Assembly (NCBI GenBank): GCA_017651185.1
Contig: JAGCDJ010000019.1
Location: 265,726 to 329,725 of the forward strand
Direction: 5' to 3'
Source: Bacteroidales bacterium
GTDB lineage: Bacteria; Bacteroidota; Bacteroidia; Bacteroidales; ML635J-15
DNA: 64,000 bases
Shown: positions 7,462 to 16,094 of the stretch, piece after piece
Position numbering within the stretch: the first letter of the stretch is position 1
How the letters are laid out: each line of letters starts with the position of its first letter
Program-made: the position numbers and the translations under genes
Notes under the pieces: generated by a model
The model's input: the letters and a program-made list of their open reading frames with translations, nothing else
What the model was told of the DNA's origin: nothing
Databases searched by the model: none

Positions 7462-7502
7462 GGCGTCAGCCATTGAAACGGGCGATATCCTACAGAACGG
7501 CG
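7462..7502. repeat. 41-nt direct repeat, copy 2
   Basis: GGCGTCAGCCATTGAAACGGGCGATATCCTACAGAACGGCG. A 119-nt GC-rich spacer with short hairpins lies between the copies. Confidence 0.85.
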
Positions 7503-7584
7503 CAGTCTTTTGCTTGTTCGTTTTCTGTTAGTAAATGTCCCAAAAATCACTTGCAAATAACAATTAGTGCCGAATTTTATTTTG

Positions 7585-7592
7585 TAAATTTG
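7585..7592 (+). promoter_or_regulatory. -7 promoter box (TAAATTTG)
   Basis: Matches TAnnTTTG, 32 nt upstream of the ATG at 7624. Confidence 0.45.
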
Positions 7593-7623
7593 CACAAAAA
7601 TTTTTCAAAAAGTAATATTTGAT

Positions 7624-8865
7624 ATGGCAACAGCAAGTGAACTGAAAGTAAAAGTAGCAAAGATTTCGACAATTGTTGAATACCTTGAAGATGAACAGAT
7701 AAACCAGATAGAAAAGGACATTTTGCTACAGGCGGTAAGGGAATTGTACTCGGATATATTGGTGACGGATACAACAACCGTCGTAGAAAACTCAAAGTCA
7801 GAAGATGAACATGTTAGTGAACCAAAAGAGGCCGTTTCGGAACATGTTGATGAAAATGTCGCAGAAACTGTGGCTGCCGCTGTTGTTCCGCCCGTTATTT
7901 CAGTTGCGTTTGATGATGGCGAGTTCGACTTCTCGGATTTGCTGAAGGATAAAACAACGGAAGAAAATGATGAAGTTCAGGAGACAAATGTTGAAACGGA
8001 AATTCCAGTAGAAAATGTCGCTACTGAAGAAATGCCAGCTGAAGAGGAAGTTCCTGTCGAAGAACCAGAACCCGAAGAGGAAAACGAGGAACCTGAAAGT
8101 GTAGAAGAATTTGAGGATCCAGAAAATATCGAAGAAGTAGATTACGAGGAGGAGTTTGAAGAAGATGAAGATGACAGCGAAGAATTGGAGGAGGCAGAAC
8201 CAGAAACTTCAGAAGAAGTTGAAGAAGAAGTTCAGGAATCGGAATCAAATTTTGAAGAAACTGTTACTGGTGATACAGAAATAAACTATAGTTTCAACGA
8301 GGATACTTTGCAAGATGAACAACCAACTGTCGAAGAAGAACCGCAGATAGAAGAACCGATTGTAAACGAACCGGTAGTAGAAGAAACTACAGTAGTTGAA
8401 GAAGAACCTGTCGTTGAGGAAAAACCAATTGTAGATGAGCCTCAAGTTGTAGCTGAAATTCCGACTATCGAAGAACCAACCGTTGAAACTCCGCAGAATG
8501 TTGAAGAAAAACCAGTTGAGCAAGAAAAAGCAGAATCGACTCACATAACCCTTGGCGAACAGCTTGGTCAGTCGCGCCAATCATCGCTTAACGACAAGTT
8601 TGCTAGCAACAAACCTCTTGAGGGAGGCATTGGTCTAAAGCCAATTTCGGACATTAGGTTGGCAATACCTTTGGGCGAAAGATTCAGATTCACTCGTATG
8701 TTGTTCTCGGGCAACGGACCTGCTTTCGATTCAACTGTGGCTAAACTCAATGAAATGTCAAGCATCGAGGAGGCCGATAACTATGTGCGCACAAACTTCA
8801 GCTGGGACATGGATTCTCCTGTAGTTGCCGACTTTATGAATATTGTTCGCAGAAGATATTTGTAA
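7624..8865 (+). CDS. hypothetical protein with a long Glu-rich low-complexity core
   Basis: 413 aa. Ordered N- and C-terminal regions flank a roughly 230-aa acidic region (EEVPVEEPEPEEENEEPE..., EEPIVNEPVVEE...). Confidence 0.6.
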   Translation: MATASELKVKVAKISTIVEYLEDEQINQIEKDILLQAVRELYSDILVTDTTTVVENSKSEDEHVSEPKEAVSEHVDENVAETVAAAVVPPVISVAFDDGEFDFSDLLKDKTTEENDEVQETNVETEIPVENVATEEMPAEEEVPVEEPEPEEENEEPESVEEFEDPENIEEVDYEEEFEEDEDDSEELEEAEPETSEEVEEEVQESESNFEETVTGDTEINYSFNEDTLQDEQPTVEEEPQIEEPIVNEPVVEETTVVEEEPVVEEKPIVDEPQVVAEIPTIEEPTVETPQNVEEKPVEQEKAESTHITLGEQLGQSRQSSLNDKFASNKPLEGGIGLKPISDIRLAIPLGERFRFTRMLFSGNGPAFDSTVAKLNEMSSIEEADNYVRTNFSWDMDSPVVADFMNIVRRRYL

Positions 8866-8866
8866 G

Positions 8867-10141
8867 ATGTTTCGCTCGGGTTTGATATTATTGGTTTCGC
8901 TTCTTTGCTGCCTTTATTCCTTTGCACAGGATGTCGACAATGCAAGGAAGCATGTGCAGAAACTCACCGCTCCCGAATTTTATGGGCGCGGTTATTCCTT
9001 TGGCGGTTCCGACAAGGCAGCAAAATATATTGCTGATGAGTTTAAGTCGCTGGGTGTAAAACCGTTTGGAAAGTCCTACTATCAGGATTTTCATTACGAT
9101 ATGAATACCTTTCCTGCAAAAATGTGGGTTGCAATCGATGGCAAGGAACTAAAGCCCGGCACCGATTTCATACCCGGACAGTTTACGCCTATCGTAAAAG
9201 CTTCTTACGAATTGTTTTTGCCCGATTCGTTGCTGCTAAACGACACCGTTGCTTTTATGACTCGTTATTTGTTCGAGGACTGGTCGAAGAAAATGCTGGT
9301 AATCGACTATGCGCAGACCGAGAACAAGGATATCAAGATGTTTTACATCAAGGTTTTGTACGGTAATACGCGCTTTGGTGGCATAATGGAACTTATTCCT
9401 GATGAACTTATGTCGTCGGTGGGCGGAAGACAGCAGTCGTACCCAGTGATAAAGGTTAAGCGTGAGGCATTCGACCGTTCTGCAAAAAGCATTTCGGTGG
9501 ACATTAGCGCAAAACTGAGGAAAAAATTCGCAGCAAAGAATGTAATCGGTTACATCGAAGGCAAAAATCCCGACAAATATTATGTCTTTTCGGCTCACTA
9601 CGACCATATTGGCACAATAGGAAAGGGCGTGTATGTCCCTGGTGCGCAGGATAATGCATCTGGTACTGCTATGGTTCTCGATTTGGCTGCCTATTATTCA
9701 AAGCATCAGCCCGAATGTACAATGGTTTTCATGCTGTTCTTTGGCGAGGAAGCAGGCTTGCTCGGTTCGTCGTACTATGTTGAACATCCGTTGTTCCCGT
9801 TGGAAAAAATACGCATGGGCTTTAACCTCGACATGGTTGGCACTGGCGACGAAGGCATAACTATTGTAAATTCGAGCGAAGAAAATTATGCTGGCGAATG
9901 GGAGCTTATCAGCAAGATAAACGATGAAAACAAATATTTCGAACCTGTCAAGCAACGCGGAGCAGCCGCCAACAGCGACCATTACCCGTTCAACAGGAAA
10001 GATGTTAAGTTTGTATTCATATACACTATGGGACCCGGAACTTTCTACCACAATGTGAAAGACAGGTACGAAACCTTGACCTTCACTGGATATGAAAGTT
10101 TGTTCGGGCTATTGACTAAATTTGTAGAAAAGTATGAGTAA
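8867..10141 (+). CDS. M28-family aminopeptidase, secreted
   Basis: Signal peptide MFRSGLILLVSLLCCLYSFAQ. M28 motifs AHYDHIG, DNASGTAMVLDLA, FGEEAGLLGSSYY, NLDMVG and SDHYPF. I moved the start to the ATG at 8867, just after the upstream stop. Confidence 0.85.
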   Translation: MFRSGLILLVSLLCCLYSFAQDVDNARKHVQKLTAPEFYGRGYSFGGSDKAAKYIADEFKSLGVKPFGKSYYQDFHYDMNTFPAKMWVAIDGKELKPGTDFIPGQFTPIVKASYELFLPDSLLLNDTVAFMTRYLFEDWSKKMLVIDYAQTENKDIKMFYIKVLYGNTRFGGIMELIPDELMSSVGGRQQSYPVIKVKREAFDRSAKSISVDISAKLRKKFAAKNVIGYIEGKNPDKYYVFSAHYDHIGTIGKGVYVPGAQDNASGTAMVLDLAAYYSKHQPECTMVFMLFFGEEAGLLGSSYYVEHPLFPLEKIRMGFNLDMVGTGDEGITIVNSSEENYAGEWELISKINDENKYFEPVKQRGAAANSDHYPFNRKDVKFVFIYTMGPGTFYHNVKDRYETLTFTGYESLFGLLTKFVEKYE

Positions 10142-10841
10142 ACTATATTTGGTGCCGACGCCGGTCGGAAATCTTGAGGACATGACATTTCGCGCTGTAA
10201 ATGTGCTGAAATCTGTCGATTGCATTCTCGCCGAGGATACGCGCACATCGGCAGTGCTTATGAAGCACTACGGCATTTCTACTCCGCTTGTAAGCCATCA
10301 CAAGTTCAACGAGCATAAGACTTCGGAAGGCGTTGCCGAAAGGATTCTCGGTGGACAAAACATTGCGCTTGTTACCGATGCCGGTACACCTGGAATTTCA
10401 GATCCTGGTTTTCTGCTTGTGCGCACCTGCGTAGAAAAGGGCGTGGAGGTGGAATGTTTGCCTGGAGCAACGGCTTTTGTGCCAGCTTTGGTAAACTCGG
10501 GTTTGCCATGCGAAAGGTTTACCTTCGAAGGTTTTCTTCCGCAGAAGAAGGGCAAGAACAAGAAGGTGCAGGAATTGGCAGAAGAGGAGAGGACTATGAT
10601 TTTCTACGAGTCTCCTTTCCGTTTGGTGAAGACCTTGGAACTTTTTGCCCAGTATTTTGGAGAGGAACGTCAGGCGTGTGTTTCGCGTGAGATTTCAAAG
10701 ATTCACGAGGAAAATTTCCGTGGCACTTTGAAGGAATGCATCGAGCATTTTTCGCAGAAGGATGTGAAGGGCGAAATTGTCATTGTTGTTGAGGGAAAGA
10801 ACAGAAAGGTTAGGAATGCAGAAAACGAGGAGGATGAATAA
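10134..10841 (+). CDS. rsmI: 16S rRNA (cytidine1402-2'-O)-methyltransferase
   Basis: LYLVPTPVGNLEDMTFRAVNVLKSVDCILAEDTRTS and GTPGISDPG. Confidence 0.9.
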   Translation: MSKLYLVPTPVGNLEDMTFRAVNVLKSVDCILAEDTRTSAVLMKHYGISTPLVSHHKFNEHKTSEGVAERILGGQNIALVTDAGTPGISDPGFLLVRTCVEKGVEVECLPGATAFVPALVNSGLPCERFTFEGFLPQKKGKNKKVQELAEEERTMIFYESPFRLVKTLELFAQYFGEERQACVSREISKIHEENFRGTLKECIEHFSQKDVKGEIVIVVEGKNRKVRNAENEEDE

Positions 10842-10843
10842 TT

Positions 10844-11602
10844 ATGAAAAGATTAGTTACATACTTAATTGCTTTATTGGTATCGGCACACTGCTTTTCG
10901 CAAAATTCAAATGGAATATCTACATCAGACAAGGAAATAGGTGGCATAAAGTTTAGAACTTACAGTTACGAGTTTTCGAGCAATGAATTTTCAAAAAACA
11001 TTTCATTTACATTGCCATTGTCCAATGATCCTCAAACGCTGTTAATCATAGAAACCTTGTTGCATGGCGAATACGATGGCGAGACGATAGGACAGGAAAT
11101 GGCAGAGGAGTATTCGTCGTACTTGGCAGAAAAAACTGCCGATACAGCAAAAAAGGATGATTACTACGAAACGGTATGGAAGATTGCTCCTGTGTTTGTC
11201 GGAGGAGGATATGTGGCGTTCGTATCGACATTTTCTCAAAAGTTTGCAAGTGATATACCTGCACCAATGTGGGGCGATGTTGGTTCCGTTTACGAACTTT
11301 CTACAGGAAAGCGACTAACGGAAGAAGATGTCTTCGGCAAGAATGTTGAGCAAAACAAAGCCGTTGCACAAAAGTTGTATGCCGAGTTGAAGAAAAAAGC
11401 AAGTGTCGAAAACACCGAAGATGTTGTTCTTTTCAACGGCAACTTCTATTTCACGAATAAGGAATTGGTATTCATGTACGGTTCGTTCGAAATGTATCAT
11501 ACTTCGGGAGTAACAAAGTTGTCGCTTCCAAAGAAAAGTGTGAAACCTTACCTTAATGTTGACGGACCGTTGTATAAGTATTGGTTTGGGGACAAAAAAT
11601 AA
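10844..11602 (+). CDS. DUF4163/DUF3298 (RsiV-like) secreted protein, paralog 1
   Basis: Signal peptide. GIKFRTYSYEF...FTLPL, NGNFYFTNKELVFMYGSFE, and C-terminus KPYLNVDGPLYKYWFGDKK. Confidence 0.7.
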   Translation: MKRLVTYLIALLVSAHCFSQNSNGISTSDKEIGGIKFRTYSYEFSSNEFSKNISFTLPLSNDPQTLLIIETLLHGEYDGETIGQEMAEEYSSYLAEKTADTAKKDDYYETVWKIAPVFVGGGYVAFVSTFSQKFASDIPAPMWGDVGSVYELSTGKRLTEEDVFGKNVEQNKAVAQKLYAELKKKASVENTEDVVLFNGNFYFTNKELVFMYGSFEMYHTSGVTKLSLPKKSVKPYLNVDGPLYKYWFGDKK

Positions 11603-11611
11603 TTGTATGGC

Positions 11612-12442
11612 ATGAGAAGGATTGTTTTATATATCATAGTATTATTGCTGTCGGCACAGTGCTTCGCGCAGGATGAAACACAAAACTCGGTTCAAAGCAA
11701 AAAAGTTGTTACCATTCCCGATACTGTAATCAGCGGCATTAAGTTTAGAAGGTACAATTTTGAATTTGAGTCTGTTGAGTTTTCAAAAGAAATATTCTTT
11801 ACCTTGCCATTGACTGGGGATGACACCGTGTTGCAGGCAATTTGTAACGATTTGCTTGGCGGTGAGTACGACAGCAAGATGCTAGAAGATGAATTGCTGG
11901 AAGAAATAAACATGTATATGGACCGTGTTGCCAGCAATCCGGAACTTATTGATGCCGAGAAAATGGATGAACGCTATTCCGAAACGGAATATTATGAGTC
12001 TTCATGGCATATCACACCGATTTTTGTTGGTGGCGGACATATCGCGTTTGTAAGTTATTTTTCTGAGTATTTTGGTGGCGCCATTCATCACATGTGGGGC
12101 AGGGTAAGCAATGTTTATAGTCTTTCGACAGGAAAACTGATTACTCAGGATGATATTTTCGATGATAGTGGCGCACATAGATATTTGGTTGCAAGCAAGT
12201 TGTTTTCGCTTCTGAACAAGTATCTCGGAGAGGATAATGACATCGAAGACGCCAATGTTATGGGTATGTTGAATGACAATTTTTACTTTACAGATAAGGA
12301 ACTGATATACATGTATGTGCCATACGAAGTTGCATATTATGCGGCTGGTGAACCTGAATTGGCTTTGCCAAAGAAATGGTTGAAACCATACTTGAATGTT
12401 GATGGACCGCTGTATAAGTATTGGTTTGGGAAAAAGAAATAA
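11612..12442 (+). CDS. DUF4163/DUF3298 (RsiV-like) secreted protein, paralog 2
   Basis: Signal peptide MRRIVLYIIVLLLSAQCFAQ. GGAIHHMWG...LSTGKLITQDDIF. C-terminus KPYLNVDGPLYKYWFGKKK. First ATG used as the start. Confidence 0.7.
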   Translation: MRRIVLYIIVLLLSAQCFAQDETQNSVQSKKVVTIPDTVISGIKFRRYNFEFESVEFSKEIFFTLPLTGDDTVLQAICNDLLGGEYDSKMLEDELLEEINMYMDRVASNPELIDAEKMDERYSETEYYESSWHITPIFVGGGHIAFVSYFSEYFGGAIHHMWGRVSNVYSLSTGKLITQDDIFDDSGAHRYLVASKLFSLLNKYLGEDNDIEDANVMGMLNDNFYFTDKELIYMYVPYEVAYYAAGEPELALPKKWLKPYLNVDGPLYKYWFGKKK

Positions 12443-12454
12443 ATAAAGTTTGAT

Positions 12455-13366
12455 ATGAAGAAGTTGTTAAATGGATTATTTGCGTTAGCAATTGCCTGTG
12501 TAGGTTGCGCCGACAATCCAAGTGCTGAGAATACGGAAACAGTTCCTGCCGAAAATGTGGAGAAAGAAATAGTTGCGGATATTGATTCGTCCGTTGCTGT
12601 CAAGACAGACAGTATTGTCGAAGAAGAGGTCGCTTTGGATAGAAAGTCAGGAGAAGTGCGTGATACATTGATAGGTGGCATAAAGTTCATAAATTACAAG
12701 TTTCATTTCACGTCAAAGGACTTTGAAAAGGCCATAAACTTTACATTGCCTATGCTTGACAATGCTTCCGTGCAGGATGAAATATGGGAAACAATGTTGA
12801 AGGATTCTTACGAAAGCAAAGATTTGGAACGGAACTTGGAGGATGAGTTTGCTAATTATTGGAATGAGTATTCGGAGACGGCAGGTCAGGAAGCAAAACC
12901 TTATGATAGCGAAGAATTCTATTCAATGTCGTGGAATATTAATCCGTTTTTTGTTGATGGGGGATGTGTGGCGTTCAATTCTGCAGTTTGGGAGATGTCA
13001 GGTGGCGCAATGCATCCGGAATGGGACGAGTCAAGTTATGTCTTCGATCTTTCGACGGGAAAGACAATTTCGGAGGATGATGTTTTTGATAATTCAAATG
13101 AAAGCAGGACTGCGATAGCAACCAAGTTGTATTCACTTTTAAAGGCATATCTAAAAGAGGAAGATGATGAAACCGAGGATGTTGATGTTTCAATGATGTT
13201 GAATGGCAACTTCTATTTCACTAAAGATGAATTGATATATAGGTATGCTCCTTACGAGGTCGCTTATTATGCTGCTGGTGAACCAGAATTGTCGTTGACT
13301 AAGGACTGGTTGAAGCCATACTTGAAAGTTGATGGTGTGTTGTATAAGTATTGGTTTAAAAATTAA
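12455..13366 (+). CDS. DUF4163/DUF3298 (RsiV-like) lipoprotein, paralog 3
   Basis: Lipobox-like ...IACVGCADN. SGGAMHPEWD...LSTGKTISEDDVF. C-terminus KPYLKVDGVLYKYWFKN. Confidence 0.7.
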   Translation: MKKLLNGLFALAIACVGCADNPSAENTETVPAENVEKEIVADIDSSVAVKTDSIVEEEVALDRKSGEVRDTLIGGIKFINYKFHFTSKDFEKAINFTLPMLDNASVQDEIWETMLKDSYESKDLERNLEDEFANYWNEYSETAGQEAKPYDSEEFYSMSWNINPFFVDGGCVAFNSAVWEMSGGAMHPEWDESSYVFDLSTGKTISEDDVFDNSNESRTAIATKLYSLLKAYLKEEDDETEDVDVSMMLNGNFYFTKDELIYRYAPYEVAYYAAGEPELSLTKDWLKPYLKVDGVLYKYWFKN

Positions 13367-13371
13367 ATGAT

Positions 13372-14244
13372 ATGAGAAAGATATTAATATCGATAGTTGT
13401 TGTTTTGTGTGCTGCTCTTGTGGTTGCATGCAGTAATTCAAAATCGGAGAAGAAAGCCGTTGAATTGCAGAATGATAACGATACTGCTAATGTTGAGGGA
13501 GTTGACACACTTGCCGACTTTGAATATGATGAGAATACCTATGAGATTAACGGTATAACTTTCCATATATATGAGGCGTCTGATGGAGACGAAGAATATG
13601 AAAGTTCTGCAAGTCTGACATTGCCTGTTCCCAATGGCGACAAGGTGCTGGAAAAAATTCTCCGCCAAGTTCTTCGTGATGATATAGACATAAATGATAT
13701 TCAGGGATATTTGGACAAGACTTACGCACCAGAGGCAGCACCTGCAGCCCAATCGGGCGACGAAGAAGAAGAAGAAATAAAAGCTTCAACTATATGGAGA
13801 ATAGAGCCAGTGCTTGTGCTCGACAAGTATCTTGTTATGGAAGTCGTTGACGGTTATATGGACCAGTTTATGGCGCATCATGATATTTTGCAAAGTACTA
13901 TTGTGTTCGACCGCACTACTGGCGATATAATGACTAGGGATGATATGTTTGATGAGGACGCCGACTGGCTCAAGATTGCACGAAAGTTCCGCGAAAGCGC
14001 AAACGAAGACCTTGGCGAGTTCGACGGCTCAGACTTCGCCGATCCCGATGGATTCCTGATTGATGAAGTCTTTAATCGTGGAGATTTCTACTTCAACGAC
14101 GATTCGCTGTTCTTTGTCTATGGACCCTATGAAATCAATTATGCATTCGGTTTCGATGTGAAGATGGGCGTGTCGAAGGAATGGATTAAGCCGTACATGA
14201 ATAAGGAAGACTATCTATACAAATATTGGTTTAGAAATAAATAA
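13372..14244 (+). CDS. DUF4163/DUF3298 (RsiV-like) lipoprotein, paralog 4 (most diverged)
   Basis: Lipobox LVVACSNS. RGDFYFNDDSLFFVYGPYEI. C-terminus KPYMNKEDYLYKYWFRNK. Confidence 0.65.
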   Translation: MRKILISIVVVLCAALVVACSNSKSEKKAVELQNDNDTANVEGVDTLADFEYDENTYEINGITFHIYEASDGDEEYESSASLTLPVPNGDKVLEKILRQVLRDDIDINDIQGYLDKTYAPEAAPAAQSGDEEEEEIKASTIWRIEPVLVLDKYLVMEVVDGYMDQFMAHHDILQSTIVFDRTTGDIMTRDDMFDEDADWLKIARKFRESANEDLGEFDGSDFADPDGFLIDEVFNRGDFYFNDDSLFFVYGPYEINYAFGFDVKMGVSKEWIKPYMNKEDYLYKYWFRNK

Positions 14245-14250
14245 TTGAAT

Positions 14251-15060
14251 ATGAAAAACATACGTTCGCTATTGGTCGTTGCTGCTATGTCGTTGCTGGT
14301 ATTTGCCTGCCACAATAAGTACACCGACGATATTATTGATGCCAAGGACATTGAGTTCGAGGAGTTTTCCACAACTCGTTTCCCCGAATTTGATGCAAAC
14401 CTTGAAGTGGCAATTTATTTTATGTTGCCGAAAACCGGTGTGAATGAAAAACTTGACAGTATTTATGCAGACCTCGTTGCTTTCTACACTGACAGTTCAA
14501 AGCGTGAGATTCAGAGCGGTATCGAGATGTTTGCCGATTCCATTGAGGCAGAGTATTTCACAAACAAGGAGGACATTGGCGCCGATATTTCGGGCTTCAT
14601 TTATGCAGTCAACTACTACGACAGCATTTATCCTGTGTTTGCCGATGGAAAATTGCTCGCATATATCAACGGACATTATGAGTATCAAGGCGGTGCGCAT
14701 GGATTGTCGGCGACTACCTATTCGGTTTACAACCTTGCAACAGGCAAGCGTATTACCGAGGACGACATTTTTGTTATGAACGATACAACCTTGAAGGTTT
14801 TGTCGGATATGATAGAGGAGGCCTTTGGCGTTGAGTATTCTTCCGAGATAGACGATTTGTGGGAAGATGATGTTAATTATGTGAACGGAAACTTCTGCAT
14901 ATCAGCCGATTCGTTGTTCTATCAGTATCAACCGTACGAGATTGGGCCTTACGCAATGGGCATGCCGAGGGTTGCATTGCACAAGGATTCGGTCAAGTCG
15001 TTCCTGAAAAAGGATGGTCCGCTGTATGAATATTGGTACCCGGAGAAGAAAAATAAATAA
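14251..15060 (+). CDS. DUF4163/DUF3298 (RsiV-like) lipoprotein, paralog 5
   Basis: Lipobox LLVFACHNK. Carries an intact family motif YQGGAHGLSATTYSVYNLATGKRITEDDIF. C-terminus DGPLYEYWYPEKK. Confidence 0.75.
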   Translation: MKNIRSLLVVAAMSLLVFACHNKYTDDIIDAKDIEFEEFSTTRFPEFDANLEVAIYFMLPKTGVNEKLDSIYADLVAFYTDSSKREIQSGIEMFADSIEAEYFTNKEDIGADISGFIYAVNYYDSIYPVFADGKLLAYINGHYEYQGGAHGLSATTYSVYNLATGKRITEDDIFVMNDTTLKVLSDMIEEAFGVEYSSEIDDLWEDDVNYVNGNFCISADSLFYQYQPYEIGPYAMGMPRVALHKDSVKSFLKKDGPLYEYWYPEKKNK

Positions 15061-15102
15061 TGAACAACAATGTATAAAGGCAAAATCACATTCTTTTTTG
15101 TC

Positions 15103-15176
15103 ATCCTGAACTTGTTTCAGGATCTAAAAAAGAAGTGACTGTCGGAGCGTATGCTGAAACGAGTTCAGCATGACGC
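15103..15176. repeat. two REP-like hairpins sharing a CTGAA-N5-TTCAG core
   Basis: ATCCTGAA-CTTGT-TTCAGGAT (15103-15123) and GCGT-ATGCTGAA-ACGAG-TTCAGCAT-G-ACGC (15147-15176). I recall this sequence type as a common Bacteroidetes intergenic repeat. Confidence 0.7.
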
Positions 15177-15233
15177 TAGAGAACCCAATCAAACAACATT
15201 AAAACATAGAAACACAGAAACGAACTATTGAAC

Positions 15234-16091
15234 ATGAAAAAATTACATTACATACTTTTCGCAATTCTGCTTTCAGCAGTAGTTTGTTCTTGCAAAAACA
15301 AGACAGCAGAAAATGCAACAGAAGAAAACGAGGCAAAGTCGGAAGAAGTGGCAACCGACACTATTCCTGAGTCGGATACAACGGCAGTAGAGGAGAAGGC
15401 ATTTGAGTTGGAAATGAAGACCTATCGCGTAGTAAAGTCGGCAAAGGGCTGTTCGTTTACTTACCACGCTGTTTTGCCAGCCGATACCGTCAACAAAGCG
15501 ATTCTTACCATTCGTGACGATGTGCTTGGCGAAATTTCCAATGGCGTGGATGTAACTGCCGATTTTAAGCGCAGCGCTGCCAATTCTGTAAGCATGTATC
15601 AGGAAGCCATTGCCGATTCAACTGACGATTACTTCGAATATTTTGAGGAGTACGATTTGGACAGCATTTATCCAGTGTTTGTGGCTGAAGGCTTTATTGC
15701 AATGGCATATTATGCATTCTACGAAGTTTCAACTGCACCGCGCAACGCTTTTGAATACCATTATACGATGTACGACCTTGCTACAGGCAAGCAAATGAAG
15801 GACAAGGACATTTTTAGCGATACGCGCAAGGCGAAGAATGTGATTGAAAAATATATCTGGGAACAAACCGAACCTTGGCAGAACGGAGAAGAGGAGAGTG
15901 GCGAAGGCATCACTGGCGAAAGCGTTCTGAACGGCAACTATTATGTAAGCGAGGACAAGTTTTTCGTTTGCTACAATTCCACTGTTTATTTCATCCCTGG
16001 AGGCATCGACATCGAGATTCCAAAGGAAGCGATGAAATCTTGTTTGAAGCAGGATTCACCATTGTATAAGTATTGGTTTGGAAAGGAATAG
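15234..16091 (+). CDS. DUF4163/DUF3298 (RsiV-like) lipoprotein, paralog 6
   Basis: Lipobox AVVCSCKNK. LNGNYYVSEDKFFVCYNS. C-terminus DSPLYKYWFGKE. Confidence 0.65.
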   Translation: MKKLHYILFAILLSAVVCSCKNKTAENATEENEAKSEEVATDTIPESDTTAVEEKAFELEMKTYRVVKSAKGCSFTYHAVLPADTVNKAILTIRDDVLGEISNGVDVTADFKRSAANSVSMYQEAIADSTDDYFEYFEEYDLDSIYPVFVAEGFIAMAYYAFYEVSTAPRNAFEYHYTMYDLATGKQMKDKDIFSDTRKAKNVIEKYIWEQTEPWQNGEEESGEGITGESVLNGNYYVSEDKFFVCYNSTVYFIPGGIDIEIPKEAMKSCLKQDSPLYKYWFGKE

Positions 16092-16094
16092 AAA

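Noticed and set aside
7302-7502. Possible CRISPR array (41-nt repeats)
   Set aside because: There are only two repeat copies, the spacer is 119 nt, and no cas genes are anywhere in the window. The content matches REP-like elements instead.
8021-8580. Minus-strand ORFs 8021-8248 and 8245-8580
   Set aside because: They are low-complexity reverse translations (L/F/N-rich) of the GAA-rich acidic core of the plus-strand gene.
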